DNA from: Macrostomum lignano
Taxonomy: Eukaryota
NCBI GenBank assembly: GCA_002269645.1
Contig: NIVC01002335.1
Span: forward strand, 118,452-182,451
Direction of reading: 5' to 3'
Length of the DNA: 64,000 nt
A program made the position numbers and the translations under genes. Below the pieces are notes generated by a model, which made no database searches, had not been told where the DNA came from, and saw only the letters and a list, made by a program, of their open reading frames with translations. Below, in pieces: positions 1 through 11,834 of the stretch. How positions within the stretch are numbered: position 1 is the stretch's first letter; each line of letters begins with the position of its first letter.

Positions 1-320
1 CACTCTTTCCCAAAGTCACTCTTTCCCAAAGTCACTCTTTCCCAAAGTCACTCTTTCCCAAAGTCACTCTTTCCCAAAGTCACTCTTTCCCAAAGTCACT
101 CTTTCCCAAAGTCACTCTTTCCCAAAGTCACTCTTTCCCAAAGTCACTCTTTCCCAAAGTCACTCTTTCCCAAAGTCACTCTTTCCCAAAGTCACTCTTT
201 CCCAAAGTCACTCTTTCCCAAAGTCACTCTTTCCCAAAATCACTCTTTCCCAAAGTCACTCTTTCTCAAAGTCACTCTTTCCCAAAGTCACTCTTTCCCA
301 AAGTCACTCCTAAAGTCACT
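1..320. repeat. 16-bp minisatellite (CACTCTTTCCCAAAGT)n, ~19 near-perfect copies, runs off the window start
   Basis: Unit restarts at 1, 17, 33...; degenerates after ~310. Confidence 0.97.
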
Positions 321-625
321 CTCTTCCGAATTCTCTCTTTCCTGAAGTTACTTCTTCCTAAAGTTACTGTTTGCGAAAGTGTGATCAATCATAAGGTTTA
401 AACGAAATTTTACCTCTTCAATAATTGCTGCAGTATCTCCCAAGCAGGTAGTTTAGTTTTCGTCAATCTATTTCAATCGCAGCGAAGCCAGGGGACTACA
501 AATATGCAGACAAACAACGAACAGTAACATCAATAACTAAAGCGATTGGTACAGAAACAATGCAAAACAATAAGAATTGCATGCATACAATTTACAGCGC
601 TTAGCTACTAATATACAATTTCAAA

Positions 626-631
626 TTTATT
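626..631 (-). promoter_or_regulatory. Candidate polyadenylation signal (AATAAA) of the LDB gene
   Basis: TTTATT on + strand, 47 nt downstream of the predicted TGA at 678. Confidence 0.45.
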
Positions 632-677
632 AGCGAACGATCGGAATGGCTCTGGTCGGTTTCCTATATATATAGCG

Positions 678-3600
678 TCAAGCCTTAATGGCTGTGTGCG
701 ACTTGTTTTGCTGCTGCTGCGGCGTCTGTTGCTGCTGTTGAATTGTCTGTGGCGGAGTCTGCGAGCCGCTTGCCTGCTGCTGCTCAACCATGGAGGAGAG
801 AGTCGGCCACGCCTGGCTCGGCGTTCTCGGAGTTACGAACTCGAATCCGTTCTGAGGCGGGCCTGCGGGTGGTGACCGTTTGTTATTTTGTTAAAACACT
901 GACCAACTCGACAACAACAGCACAGAACACTGACCAACTCGACAACAACAGCCCAGAACACTGACCAACTCGACAACAACAGCCCAGAACACTGAGCAAC
1001 TCGACAACAACAGCTCAGAACACTGACCAACTCGACAACAACAGCACAGAACACTGACCAACTCGATAACAATATCTCAGAACACTGACCAACTTGATAA
1101 CAATATCTCAGAACACTGACCAACTCGATAACAAAAACAACTCGAACACTGACAAACTCGACAACAGCTGCCCAGAACACTGACCAACTTGGCAACAACA
1201 GCTCAGAACACTGACCGACTCGACAACAACAGCTCAGAACTCTGACAAACTCGATAACACGAGTTAAGAAAACGGATTAAATAAGTAAGCAGACTTCAAA
1301 GCAAACTCACAAGAATAAGCTGCATGCGGATGCTGCAACTGCCGTGACGGCTGTTTACTGCCGGTGAAATATCCCTGAGGTGGCAGCGGCGTTGGCGGCG
1401 GCGGCGGCAGCGGATTCGGGCAGTGCTGGCTCAGCATCGAGGCGAACCGGCCAACGGGTCGGCCAGTTGAGTCGCGCTCGAATGAATTCTCCAGCGGTCC
1501 GCAGGCGGGTATTTCGAAGCCACCAGGCCCCGATCGCAGACAACCGTTCGGTAGTGCGTTGGGGTTGAACTGGCGATTTTCTAGTCGCGTTATCAACCGC
1601 TCGTCCTCGGCCCCAAACTCGCCGCCCATGAGAGTGGGCTCACCGACTATCATCACGTCCTTGTGCAGGAGGAGGGGGTTGCTCTATGCTAATAATAGTA
1701 ATGTTTGTAGGAAGGCTGTTCACGGTCCAGCTCACTTGGATCACTTGGTCCAGCCCGTTTCAAAGGTAACGAGCTCGCTGACTCCCTCGCTAAGACGGGT
1801 ACCCAGATTAATGACTGGGCGGATACCCTGCACCTGCGCACATGGGATGGCATTTCCGACTGCCGCCAATCCCGAGCGGCAGTGCCCAACCCGTCCCTCA
1901 AGCTGTGGAGAATCCTTTTGAACCAAAATCGAAAAGATATCCGCGATCTCACTATGACCTTCACAGGTCACGGTTGCTTTGCCAGGCACTGTTTCCTCCG
2001 AGGCGTCCCCCGGAGTGAACTTTGCCTCCCTTTGCAACCTCGAGAACGAAGACGCCAAGCACTTTGTCTGCTACTGCCCGGCCTTCAACCGAGACCGGCT
2101 CAACCACCTCGGGCCCAACCGGTCCCTGGATGACGTTTGCTGGCCAGAGAACATCCCACGGCTCATCCGGTTCCTCCGGGCTACCAAACGAGTCTCCGTC
2201 TTCCCCACCGAAGACAAGGCTGCAGACAGGACCGGCAGACCTCCCTGACCGGCCCCGCGCCCTAGCTTTTGCGGGCTCTTTAGGGATTAGCGGAATGGGC
2301 GACGCTCGCCTCCCCGCTGCGTCTTCGGACCGCCCTGCAGCTAAGTCAGGAAGGCTGTTGGCACCCTGGAGCAACTTTTCCAGCAACATCGTCTCACAAC
2401 CAGCGCTGACGGCAATTCTACACATTCCGCTGACCCCTGAGCACATACAAGAGCGCCAATGCTCCGCGTCAGTAGTATGGTTATACTACTGAGTAGAGGT
2501 GGCTTAGTAGCCATCAAATCATTTTATGGGAATATTTCAGAAGGACATTAAAGAAGCAAAAGATTACTGTACGCTCATTCCGTTGACTTCAGTGCACGAA
2601 ACATGATGAGTACACACAGCCTCACAGTGGGCACTGTGTATTATTCTTAATTACGTTCTTATCTTATTACATTCTCATCTTGTCACGTCGGGCTTGTGCA
2701 CGAAAATTGACCGAAGGGCTGTACGGCGATTCACATCCGTCAGGGCCAACCCCCAAGGCTCAGAGAGTGTACGTGCCTGACGATTGGAGAGTCAGGGGCC
2801 GCTGTGCACCCGCTGTGTGAGCGCGTGTGTATTGTCACAGCATTGCATTGCACAGCAAGCCCCAGGCCTGCGAACTCGGGACCTCAGATTCAAGAATTTG
2901 ATCTGATCCAACTGCCCCTCTGTCTTTTCTGTCTTTGAGGAATTGCGTCTCTTTTTTATTTGAATTTGCGTCACACGGCAGTAGCTGACGTTTCTCTTTC
3001 TAGTTAATTGTCCTGCCGATTTCCCCGACAGCGGTTGGACCCTGATGGAATTTTTTCGCGATCGCCAAAGCAAATCCGGATTGCCAGTCTGGCCAAAGTC
3101 GCGACAAAGGCGGGGCCCTCACCGGTGGCTAATGAAGGGCCGGGGGAGTCGCTTCCTCTTCTTCCCCGACAATTATCGTGAGCAATTTTCTATAGGGGAG
3201 AAAATCTCTAGAAACGTCTTCCCTGCTGCTCCAAAGAGTCCGAATCTCGAGAGAGGGGGGATGAGAGACGATTCGGTTAATGGAAAACTTCGATATGGAA
3301 TTTCTGACAAAGACTGGGAGTGAACGGGCGGCCACTAATTTCATTAGTGACCGGGTCGAATCGAGCTCGGGATCCTCCCAGACGGTGTCTCTACGTCTAC
3401 GTCTTGGCTGGGGGTGAGCGGAAGGGATAAAAGATGGAGTCTCGGTGGGGGGGGAGACGGAAAATATGGGAGATTCAACAGCATCGCTGTTGACGGGACT
3501 GGCTTGCCCCGATGAAGGTTTGGGGGTAGAAAATACACATGTGCGGATGAAGCGAAGAGGCTGAGTCACTGCTCAATGCCCCCAGGCATCACAGGCTGCG

Positions 3601-3724
3601 CCTGTTCAGTCGCTGATTTCCCTGGCAGTATTCTCACCTTCTGGCGCTATATCTGCGCGTCTTCTCTCTCTCGTCCAAGTGGTTTCATTCGATACCGATA
3701 AATTCCTTGACTCACCCCTTGCAA

Positions 3725-3775
<51 letters not shown>

Positions 3776-5843
3776 CTGCTTCTGTGCTGCGCCAGACGCT
3801 GCCCCTGTCGTCTTCTTCTTGCCCTTCTTGGCACGACCGACACTGGTAGCTGGCGTCGAGTCAGTTTCCGGGGCGTTGCCATGGATACCATTGTTATTGT
3901 TGTTGTTGTTGCCACTGTTGCTGCTATTCGTCTTTCTTTTGCGGCGTTTGCTTTGAGTTCGACTCGATTCTAAAATTTGAGAATTTGATGCGGAAATTAA
4001 GTTTTTACAAAAGAAATTTGATGCAGGTAGATTTGCAGGCAGGTCACATTCCTATCTTGTCACATTCCCATCTTGTTACATTCCCAACCAGTCACATTCC
4101 CATCTTATTACTCATTAAATTCCCAATCAGTCGTATTCTCATCTTGTCACATTCCTATCTTGTTACATTTCCATCTCATTACGTTTTTATCTCATTAAAT
4201 TCCCAATCAGTCCCATTCTCATCTTGTCACATTCTCATCTTGTCACATTCCTATCTTGTCATATTTCCATCTTATTACGTTTTTATCTTATTAAATTCCC
4301 AATCAGTCCCATTCTCATCTTGTCACATTCCCATCTTGTCACGGCGACACACCGGGAGGCGCCACCATGCGCTGCCACTTCTGAAACAGAGTTGTCTTCA
4401 AGCAGTCCCTGGGGTGCAGGCCGTAGGCCTTCTGCCGGCTCATCAGCTCCTGCATTGGCTCGAGGATGATGCAGAGGCGAAGAAAGTGCAGCGTGTGGTT
4501 CGTGATGCCCTGGCGAGTGATGTTGTGCGACATCTGATCCAGCACCTGGGGATCCTGGAGGATACGGTGGTGATTGGCTATCCGCTTTAACATTTCCCTC
4601 TCCCTCCGCCGCTTTGCCCCGCCCGCCCAACCTGATGAGAGCCGACCGCCTGTCTGGGCACCATCTCTCGGCAGCTGCGGATCTGGAAGAGCCAGCTCTT
4701 GATCCGCATCATGTCGTCGAAGGTGAACTCCAGCACCAGCCGGCCCTCGGTTACCACGTTGGTGAGCATCGGCCGGACGTGGGTCGCGTGCATCTCGCCT
4801 CGGTCGCAGTCCAGAGTCAAGCTGGTGTTGTGAAACGATTCCCGGGCGTTCTTTAGGAATATGTACATGTCGGCCACTCCTCCGTCAAAGATGCTGCGAA
4901 AGTACCGCGGGATCAGGGTGCGACCGATGGCTGCAATGGCGGCGAGATGTGAGGGGGTGTTCGGGCCGGTGCTTAATTAGTCGGCAACACTAAAGGCTCA
5001 TTAATAAATTCACTAATGTTGGTAAAAACTTATCAGAGGACGAGACTTGATGAACAAGGCTGAGGTCGGCAAGATCAAAGATATCAATACCATCAAACTG
5101 AGTGAACAGGGCAGAGGTCGGCAAGATCAAAGGTGGCATCAAACTGAGTGAACAGGGCTGAGGTCGGCAAGATCAAAGGTGGCATCAAACTGAGTGAACA
5201 GGGCTGAGGTCGGCAAGATCAAAGGTGGCATCAAACTGAGTGAACAGGGCTGAGGTCGGCAAGATCAAAGGTGGCATCAAACTGAGTGAACAGGGCTGAG
5301 GTCGGCAAGATCAAAGGTTAACACAAAAGCTTCAACACACAGGGTGGGCAGCGGAAAGTTAAAAAAAACAGTACTTGAGCTGTTAGATATCTTGTATCTT
5401 CCACTCACAATAGCGCTTCGGCCCGTCCTCCATCAGCAGCTGGATGGTGAGCACCGAGTCGTCCTCGAAAAACTCGGTGGCAAACTGGTCCCACCAGAAG
5501 TTCTGGCCGTCGCTTTCGCACTGTTATAAAAGTTAATTTTATAAATATTTGTCTATCGATGAAGACATTATATGCCAGAACAGTTTCCCCCACTGACCTC
5601 TGGCCGCTGCTGCAGTCGCTTGTTCATCTCATGGATCCGAACGTCTGGAGTTCCCATCAGGCAGTGCTGCTGCGGGGGCGGCGGCGGCGGCAGAGGTGTC
5701 CTAAAAAATGGTGGGTCTTGATAAAATGCCTGCTGCTGCGGTGGCGGCGGAGGTGGCGGTGGCGGCGGCCCGAGCATCGACATCATAGGTCCAGCCAACG
5801 GCGACATTCCCGACGGAGTTGGAGGCGGCGGCGGCGGCAGCAT
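678..5843 (-). CDS. LDB1: LIM domain-binding protein (LDB1/LDB2/Chip family), 7 exons, ~540 aa
   Basis: Exons 5598-5843, 5409-5520, 4632-4930, 4353-4554, 3716-3969, 1359-1683, 678-862, all GT-AG, phases 0,1,0,1,0,1, total 1623 nt. Translation has LDB motifs DVRIHEMNKRLQ, WWDQFATEFFEDD, KRYSIGRTLIPRYFRSIF, EFTFDDMMRIKSW, LRLCIILEPMQELMSRQK, DCLKTTLFQKWQRMVAPP, the NLS KRRKRK and the LIM-interaction domain DVMIVGEPTLMGGEFGAEDERLITRLEN. The last exon is less certain than the rest. Confidence 0.95.
896..1260. repeat. 31-bp minisatellite (CAGAACACTGACCAACTCGACAACAACAGCC-type), ~12 copies, in LDB intron 6
   Basis: Period 31 (TGACC at 931, 962); lies between donor 1358 and acceptor 863. Confidence 0.93.
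1359..1683 (-). CDS. LDB1: LDB exon 6, LIM-interaction domain (LID)
   Basis: DVMIVGEPTLMGGEFGAEDERLITRLEN matches the LDB LID. Acceptor TAG at 1684-1686; weak donor CA|GTAAAC at 1358. Read-through stop at 1264. Confidence 0.93.
1712..2250 (+). mobile_element. Truncated, frameshifted non-LTR retrotransposon remnant (I/R1/LOA-type: RNase H end plus CCHC region), antisense in LDB intron 5
   Basis: Translates VQLTWI..GNELADSLAKTG (RNase H C-terminal motif), W..CRQSRAAVPN..LLNQNRKDIRDLTMTFTGH, then after a frameshift C..C..E.EDAKHFVCYCPAF.RDR..HLG (zinc knuckle). Confidence 0.8.
2700..2870 (+). mobile_element. SINE body fragment related to the 35605-35810 element
   Basis: Shares CCCCAAGGC(T/A)CAGAGA-TGTAC(G/A)TGCCTGACGATT with 35695-35728; weaker similarity at ~47755-47790. 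Confidence 0.5.
4044..4341. repeat. Degenerate ~16-bp minisatellite (CACATTCCCATCTTGT-type) filling LDB intron 4
   Basis: Repeated CATTC(C/T)(C/T)ATCTTGTCA; begins 11 nt from donor 4352. Confidence 0.85.
4353..4930 (-). CDS. LDB1: LDB exons 3-4 (dimerisation domain and LCCD), split by a 77-nt intron at 4555-4631
   Basis: SIGRTLIPRYF...EMVPRQAVGSHQ|DPQVLDQMSHNITRQG...WQRMVAPP; donor GTTGGG, acceptor CTCCAG. Confidence 0.95.
5046..5318. repeat. 46-bp minisatellite (GAACAGGGCTGAGGTCGGCAAGATCAAAGGTGGCATCAAACTGAGT), ~5-6 copies, LDB intron 2
   Basis: Period 46 (5150, 5196, 5242). Confidence 0.93.
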
Positions 5844-6860
5844 TGTCGATTTTAGCGGTTGTTAGGGAGGCAAAAACTTCTGTTCAGACTCGAGCTCGAG
5901 TTGGCGATGAAGCCCGGTTAGGATGCTGGGCAGCCATGGAGATTAGTAGTATCTATCTGTGCCAACACGCCTATTGACTGTCCGAGACACTCGCGCCTCT
6001 CTCGGAAAATAATTCCGAATGGCTGCTTGTTGACTGGCAAGGTGGCGATGGCTTTATGGGAGCCGAGGGGCTGGGAGTCAGGGGGGGGGGAGACGGCAGT
6101 GCGGGGAGGAGGGGGGAGACGTGTGAGAAGGTGGGAGCTGAGCAGCATGGTCTGGGGGTGGGGAGTTGGGGAGGGGAGGGCAGAAACTCTAGGCAAAGAG
6201 AGAAGAGCAGGGGCAGGAGGCCAGTGTGGACTGCACCGACCATGGCCCGGCAACCCTGCCTCGGGATTTAGAAAGTTTCAATTATTAGAGAGTGGCTTTG
6301 TCTTTTTAACCTTGTCACCAACCCCTCCCCTCAGACTTATTTCATAATACTAGTATTATCAACAATTTTGTATTACTTCAGTACAATGCACTTATTTAGA
6401 AGATTATTGTTGGCCCAGAACAGTGTGTGTTCTGAGGCTGTCTACGCTATCTCGTCTCTCCTCATCACCTCGTGTAGCAAGTGGAGTCGCCATGCACACA
6501 CACAGCAGCAGCAGCAACATGCTGCACTAACAACAGTTTAAAACAGGTTGATTCTGAGCTGGAGAAAGCTGGAGAAGGGTGGCTGGTTGCCTTCTGCCGC
6601 CTGTCTGCCTCAGCATTTCTCTTACCGCACACCCAGTAAGAGAGAGATTTAGAGGAGGGCAAAGAGGAAGTGTTGGTGCTGGGACCGTCTGTCTCTCCTC
6701 CATCCCTCTATCCCAGTCAAGGACGCCTTGAACCAGAGTCTGGATTGGACTACTAACTCGTCCACAAATTATCAGTTTTTGTTTAGGATGAAGCTAGGAG
6801 GACAGATACTGCGGATGCAACCAAAATTCTTTGATTAAATCAAATTGTTCAATTCAATTG

Positions 6861-7765
6861 CTCACTTTAGGTGTCAGGAGTGCCTCACTTTGGGTCTCAG
6901 CAGTGCCTCACTTTGGGTCTCAGCAGTGCCTCACTTTGGGTGTCAAGAGTGCCTCATTTTGGGTGTCAGCAGTGTCTCAATTTTTGTGTCAGCAGTGTCT
7001 CACTTTGGGTGTCTGTCAGGAGTGCCTCACTTTGGGTGTCAGCAGTGTCTCAATTCTTGTGTCAGCAGTGCCTCACTTTGGGTGTCAGCAGTGTCTCACT
7101 TTGGGTGTCAGCAGTGTCTCAATTTTTGTGTCAGCAGTGTCTCACTTTGGGTGTCAGGAGTGCCTCACTTTGGGTGTCAGCAGTGTCTCAATTTGGGTGT
7201 CAGAAGTGCCTCACTTTGGGTGTCAGGAGTGTCTCACTTTGGGTGTCAGCAGTGTCTCAATTTTTGTGTCAGCAGTGTCTCACTTTGGGTGTCAGGAGTG
7301 CCTCACTTTGGGTGTCAGCAGTGTCTCACTTTGGGTGTCAGGAGTGCCTCACTTTGGGTGTCAGCAGTGTCCTCACTTTGGGTGTCAGCAGTGTCCTCAA
7401 TTTGGGTGTCAGGAGTGCCTCACTTTGGGTGTCAGCAGTGTCCTCACTTTGGGTGTCAGCAGTGTCCTCAATTTGGGTGTCAGGAGTGCCTCACTTTGGG
7501 TGTCAGGAGTGTCTCACTTTGGGTGTCAGAAGTGTCCTCACTTTGGGTGTCAGCAGTGTCCTCAATTTGGGTGTCAGGAGTGCCCTCACTTTAGGTGTCA
7601 GGAGTGCCCTCACTTTAGGTGTCAGGAGTGTCCTCACTTTGGGTGTCAGCAGTGTCCTCACTTTGGGTGTCAAGAGTGCCTCACTTTGGGTGTCAGGAGT
7701 GCCTCACTTTGGGTGTCAAGAGTGCCTCACTTTGGGTGTCAGGAGTGCCTCACTTTGGGTGTCAG
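6861..7765. repeat. 23-bp minisatellite (CACTTTGGGTGTCAGGAGTGCCT)n, array A
   Basis: ~40 units of 23-24 bp; source of the spurious ORFs at 6831-7854. Confidence 0.97.
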
Positions 7766-9005
7766 AAACTTTCAGGATAAATTCATTCAATTGCCACAAT
7801 GCAGGCTTGAGGATGAGTTTAGCACTACAGATCCTTGCTTTTAAGCCTCCATGACCCCTAGTCGACGAAGGCTGGGCCAGTCGCACAGGACTGGGACGAG
7901 TGGGGAGGGGGTGAGCTGAGCTCAGAGACAAGCGCGCGCGTGAATCCGCCTGCCCGTTCCTCTTCTCTCCCCCGGAATGGGCTGGGTGGGTTGGTAAAGG
8001 GAAATTATAAGAGAAGATGAAGAATGGAAGGAAGCTGCAGGCCAGCAGCCTCCCCCGCCCCCCTCCTCCTCCAAAATTCCGTGTTGGAAATGTCAGGAAA
8101 GCTTTGGAGGATATCGTTGTATTAGAGAGAGAGAGGGGGGAGTAGAGATGCGAGCCCAAGTCGTGAGAACCTGTAAACCCTGGTAGCCCAGGGACTGCGC
8201 TGACTTGTGCAGCCTTCCACAGCAGCCTCAGCCATCCCAACCCCTCAGCAGCTTAATAAATCTTCTACCAGCAAGTCGCGCGCCACACATTATGCCTTTA
8301 AAACTGGGGGGGGGGTAGCCTTTCAGAGCTTGTTTGGCCGGACAGTGTTTTACTCATAGGGAAATGGATGAGTAAACTGTAGCCCAATCAGAATATGGTA
8401 TGATCTGCCACTATAAATTTTATTGTACCTGATTAAACTACTAACAGTAGCCAGCAAATTGCAAATGAATGGCACTCACCTTAGTTAACTGACTTTGCGA
8501 ATGCTTAAAAGCTTTTCCTTTGTCTAGAAAGTCATGGAATAATTTCTGAAGCTGATGGCGGACCAGATTCTCTTGTTGCCTGGCTTGTAGTCAGCCTATT
8601 TATAATGGAGTCTCACACACTGACAGCTAGATGGCTGGGTAAAGATACTGCTCCGCCAGAGCAAACAGATCAGATCATTTCGGCCGGCAGATCAAAGTAC
8701 GAGCGTAATAAAGACACAAAGTTTGTTCGGTTTGCACAATTCTTCAAGACAGTCGTATCGGAGCTTAAAAGTGACAGGTGGAGTGACTGGAAGTTATCTA
8801 GGGACCAGTGTGCTCAAACTGACTGACCATTAATCAATTCTATAGGTGATTAATTTCTACCAAATCCCAATATGAGGCGCGGGAGTTGCTCTGAATGTGT
8901 GCGAACTGTTGTCAACTCTTGTAATCAGTTTCTTGTGTAAATGACGGAATGACAAAAGACCTGGATGTGAACACGAGGTCAACCGCGTTTGGAGCTAATG
9001 TTTCC

Positions 9006-10070
9006 TGTCAGGTGCCTCACTTTGGGTGTCAGGTGCCTCACTTTGGGTGTCAGGTGCCTCACTTTGGGAGTCAGGAGTGCCTCAATTTGGGTGTCAGCAG
9101 TGTCTCACTTTGGGTGTCAGGAGTGCCTCACTTTGGTTGTCAGCAGTGTCTCACTTTGGGTGTCAGGAGTGCCTCACTTTGGTTGTCAGGAGTGTCTCAC
9201 TTTGGGTGTCAGGAGTGCCTCACTTTGGGTGTCAGGAGTGCCTCACTTTGGTTGTCAGCAGTGTCTCACTTTGGGTGTCAGGAGTGCCTCACTTTGGGTG
9301 TCAGGAGTGTCTCACTTTGGGTGTCAGGAGTGCCTCCCTTTGGGTGTCAGCAGTGTCTCACTTTTGGTGTCAGCAGTGTCTCACTTTGTTTGTCAGGAGT
9401 GTCTCACTTTGGGTGTCAGGAGTGCCTCACTTTGGGAGTCAGGAGTGCCTCACTTTGGGTGTCAGGAGTGCCTCACTTTTTGGAGTCAGGAGTGCCTCAC
9501 TTTGGGTGTCAGGAGTGCCTCACTTTGGGAGTCAGGAGTGCCTCACTTTGGATGTCAGGTGCCTCACTTTGGGAGTCAGGAGTGCCTCACTTTGGGTGTC
9601 AGCAGTGTCTCACTTTGGGTGTCAGGAGTGCCTCAATTTGGGTGTCAGGAGTGCCTCAATTTGGGTGTCAGGAGTGCCTCAATTTGGGTGTCAGGAGTGT
9701 CTCACTTTGGGTGTCAGGAGTGCCTCAATTTGGGTGTCAGGAGTGCCTCACTTTGGGAGTCAGGAGTGCCTCACTTTGGGAGTCAGGAGTGCCTCACTTT
9801 GGGTGTCAGGAGTGCCTCACTTTTTGAAGTCAGGAGTGCCTCACTTTGGGAGTCAGGAGTGCCTCACTTTGGGTGTCAGCAGTGTCTCACTTTGGGTGTC
9901 AGGAGTGCCTCAATTTGGGTGTCAGGAGTGTCTCACTTTGGGTGTCAGGAGTGCCTCAATTTGGGTGTCAGGAGTGTCCTCACTTTGTGTGTCAGGAGTG
10001 CCTCACTTTGGGAGTCAGGAGTGTCTCACTTTGAGTGTCAGGAGTGCCTCACTTCAGAAGTCAGTGTCAG
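9006..10070. repeat. Same 23-bp minisatellite family, array B
   Basis: Same consensus as 6861-7765; source of the spurious ORFs at 8949-10176. Confidence 0.97.
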
Positions 10071-10461
10071 ACGCATCAAGTTTATTATCCGAACGACTCC
10101 AGACTTCGGACCAAGCAGCCGAATTCAATTAAACACTGGCTACCTTCTCCAGTTCCATGCATTCGGTTTGTCCTAAAATTCACCCCCAGATGGCGCCAGT
10201 TCTGAAAAAAAAGTTGTTTCTTAGCAACTCGTCTCACTTTTGCAGAGCGACTCCTTCGCCTCAATAGCTGAGCAGATGGGGCGGCCAGGGCCATTCAGAG
10301 CGGAGGCTGCAGCAGAAATTTGATTGATTAAAATTGCCAAACTAATTCACCGACCGGCAAAGACATTACTTGGAACAAAGACACGGGTTTTTGAAAGAAA
10401 ATTTATTGTAGAAGACGCAAGTGTATGGAAAAATGTCAATACAAGATTGTCAACAGCCAGT

Positions 10462-10620
10462 GGCAACGGCCATACCACGTTGCAAACACCGGTTCTCGTC
10501 TGATCATCGAAATTAAGTAACTTTGGGTTTGGTTAGTACTTGGATGGGTGACCGCCTGGGAATACCAAATGCAAGGACCACTAGAAGTTACAGTTGGGTC
10601 GTTGACCAAATGCTGTTGTC
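10462..10620 (+). rRNA. 5S rRNA: 5S rRNA gene copy or pseudogene, full length, with a 41-nt insertion near the 3' end and a TTTTT terminator
   Basis: GGCAACGGCCATACCACGTTG..ACACCGGTTCTCGTCTGATC..TTAAG..GGTTAGTACTTGGATGGGTGACCGCCTGGGAATACC matches eukaryotic 5S with its internal promoter boxes. The 5' GGCAACGGC pairs with 3' GCTGTTGTC (10612-10620); T5 at 10621-10625; 159-41=118 nt. Confidence 0.85.
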
Positions 10621-10817
10621 TTTTTGCATCTTTTACTGCCTCGCACTCATCATTAACTAATTCCAGCTACTGCACGCATTAATACAGTACTATGATCCCT
10701 TCGAATCGATCAAGTTTACATGCGCACTTTTGCACGTGATGACGCGATGCACTACAATAGTTTTACGAGTATCTCAATCTCTCACACGGGAATTTTTTCT
10801 TGATTTATATGAATCAA

Positions 10818-11749
10818 CAAGCTGTTGAAACCCGCGGATTTTGAACCCAGGGAATTCCAATCCCCGGAACTACTTTTGCATGTATTCTGAAATCTAAGGC
10901 CATAAACAAACAAAAGCTTGTTAATAGTTCGTAGGATAGAGGTAGACATAAAATGGAGCACATTTGTGTAAAATTAGGTTTTGAGGCAAACGTTGATATT
11001 GTTTGTTGGAATGCTAGGGTACTCCACAGAATGCCAGGCAATGTCTGTCTGACTCTAAAACATGTATTGGCAAAATCTGGCCTCTCCCTGACTCTCCCTA
11101 TGTCCCTTGGATCCTTTAAAATTTCTATCGTCTCTTCTGTTTCCTTTCTTCTCTCTCATCCCTCGTCTCTCGTATCTCCTCTCTCTTCTCTCCTCTCTTC
11201 TTTCGTATCTTCCCTCATCTCTCTTCTCTTTCATCTCTCTTATCTCATCTCTTCCCTATTCTTTTCTCTCTGCTCTCCTCTCTCCTCTCTACTCTTTCGT
11301 TTTCTCTCTCCTCTCCTCTCTCTTCTCTCCCCCTTTTCTCTCGGCTCTTCCTTCTCCTCTCTATTCTTCTCTCTCTTCTCTTAACTCTCTCCTCTACTCT
11401 CTCATCTCTCCTCTCTACTCTTTCCTCTCTCTCTCCTCTCTCCCCTCTTCTCTCGTCTCTTCCTTCTCCTCTCTATTCTTTTCTCTCTTCTCTTAACTCT
11501 CTCCTCTACTCTCTCATCTCTCCTCTCTACTCTTTCCTCTCTCTCTCCTCTCTCCTCTCTTCTCTCGTCTCTTCCCTCACCTCTTTCCTCTCTCTCTTTC
11601 CTCTCATCTCTTTTCTTGTCTTATCTCTTCTCTCTCCCCTCGTCGCTCGTCTCTTCCCTCACCTCTCTTCTCTCTTGTCCGCTCTTTCATCTCTCCTTTT
11701 TCTTCTTTTATATTTTCTCTCTTATCTCTTCTCGTTTCTCTCTGCTCTG

Positions 11750-11834
<85 letters not shown>

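Noticed and set aside
2641-2688. Short stretch resembling the LDB intron 4 repeat (ATTCTCATCTTGTCAC)
   Set aside because: Too short and low in complexity to support a shared origin.
2880-3600. ORFs 3045-3323 and 3129-3569 in LDB intron 5
   Set aside because: No recognisable motifs or splice support; probably decayed mobile DNA, left unannotated.
8605-8826. 73-aa ORF between the 23-bp arrays
   Set aside because: No homology recognised and no linked exons found.
6831-10176. Overlapping 250-395 aa Cys/Ser/Val-rich ORFs, and a possible CRISPR-like array because the 23-bp unit has dyad ends
   Set aside because: All three frames are open only because the unit lacks stops. Units are contiguous with no unique spacers, there are no cas genes, and the context is eukaryotic.
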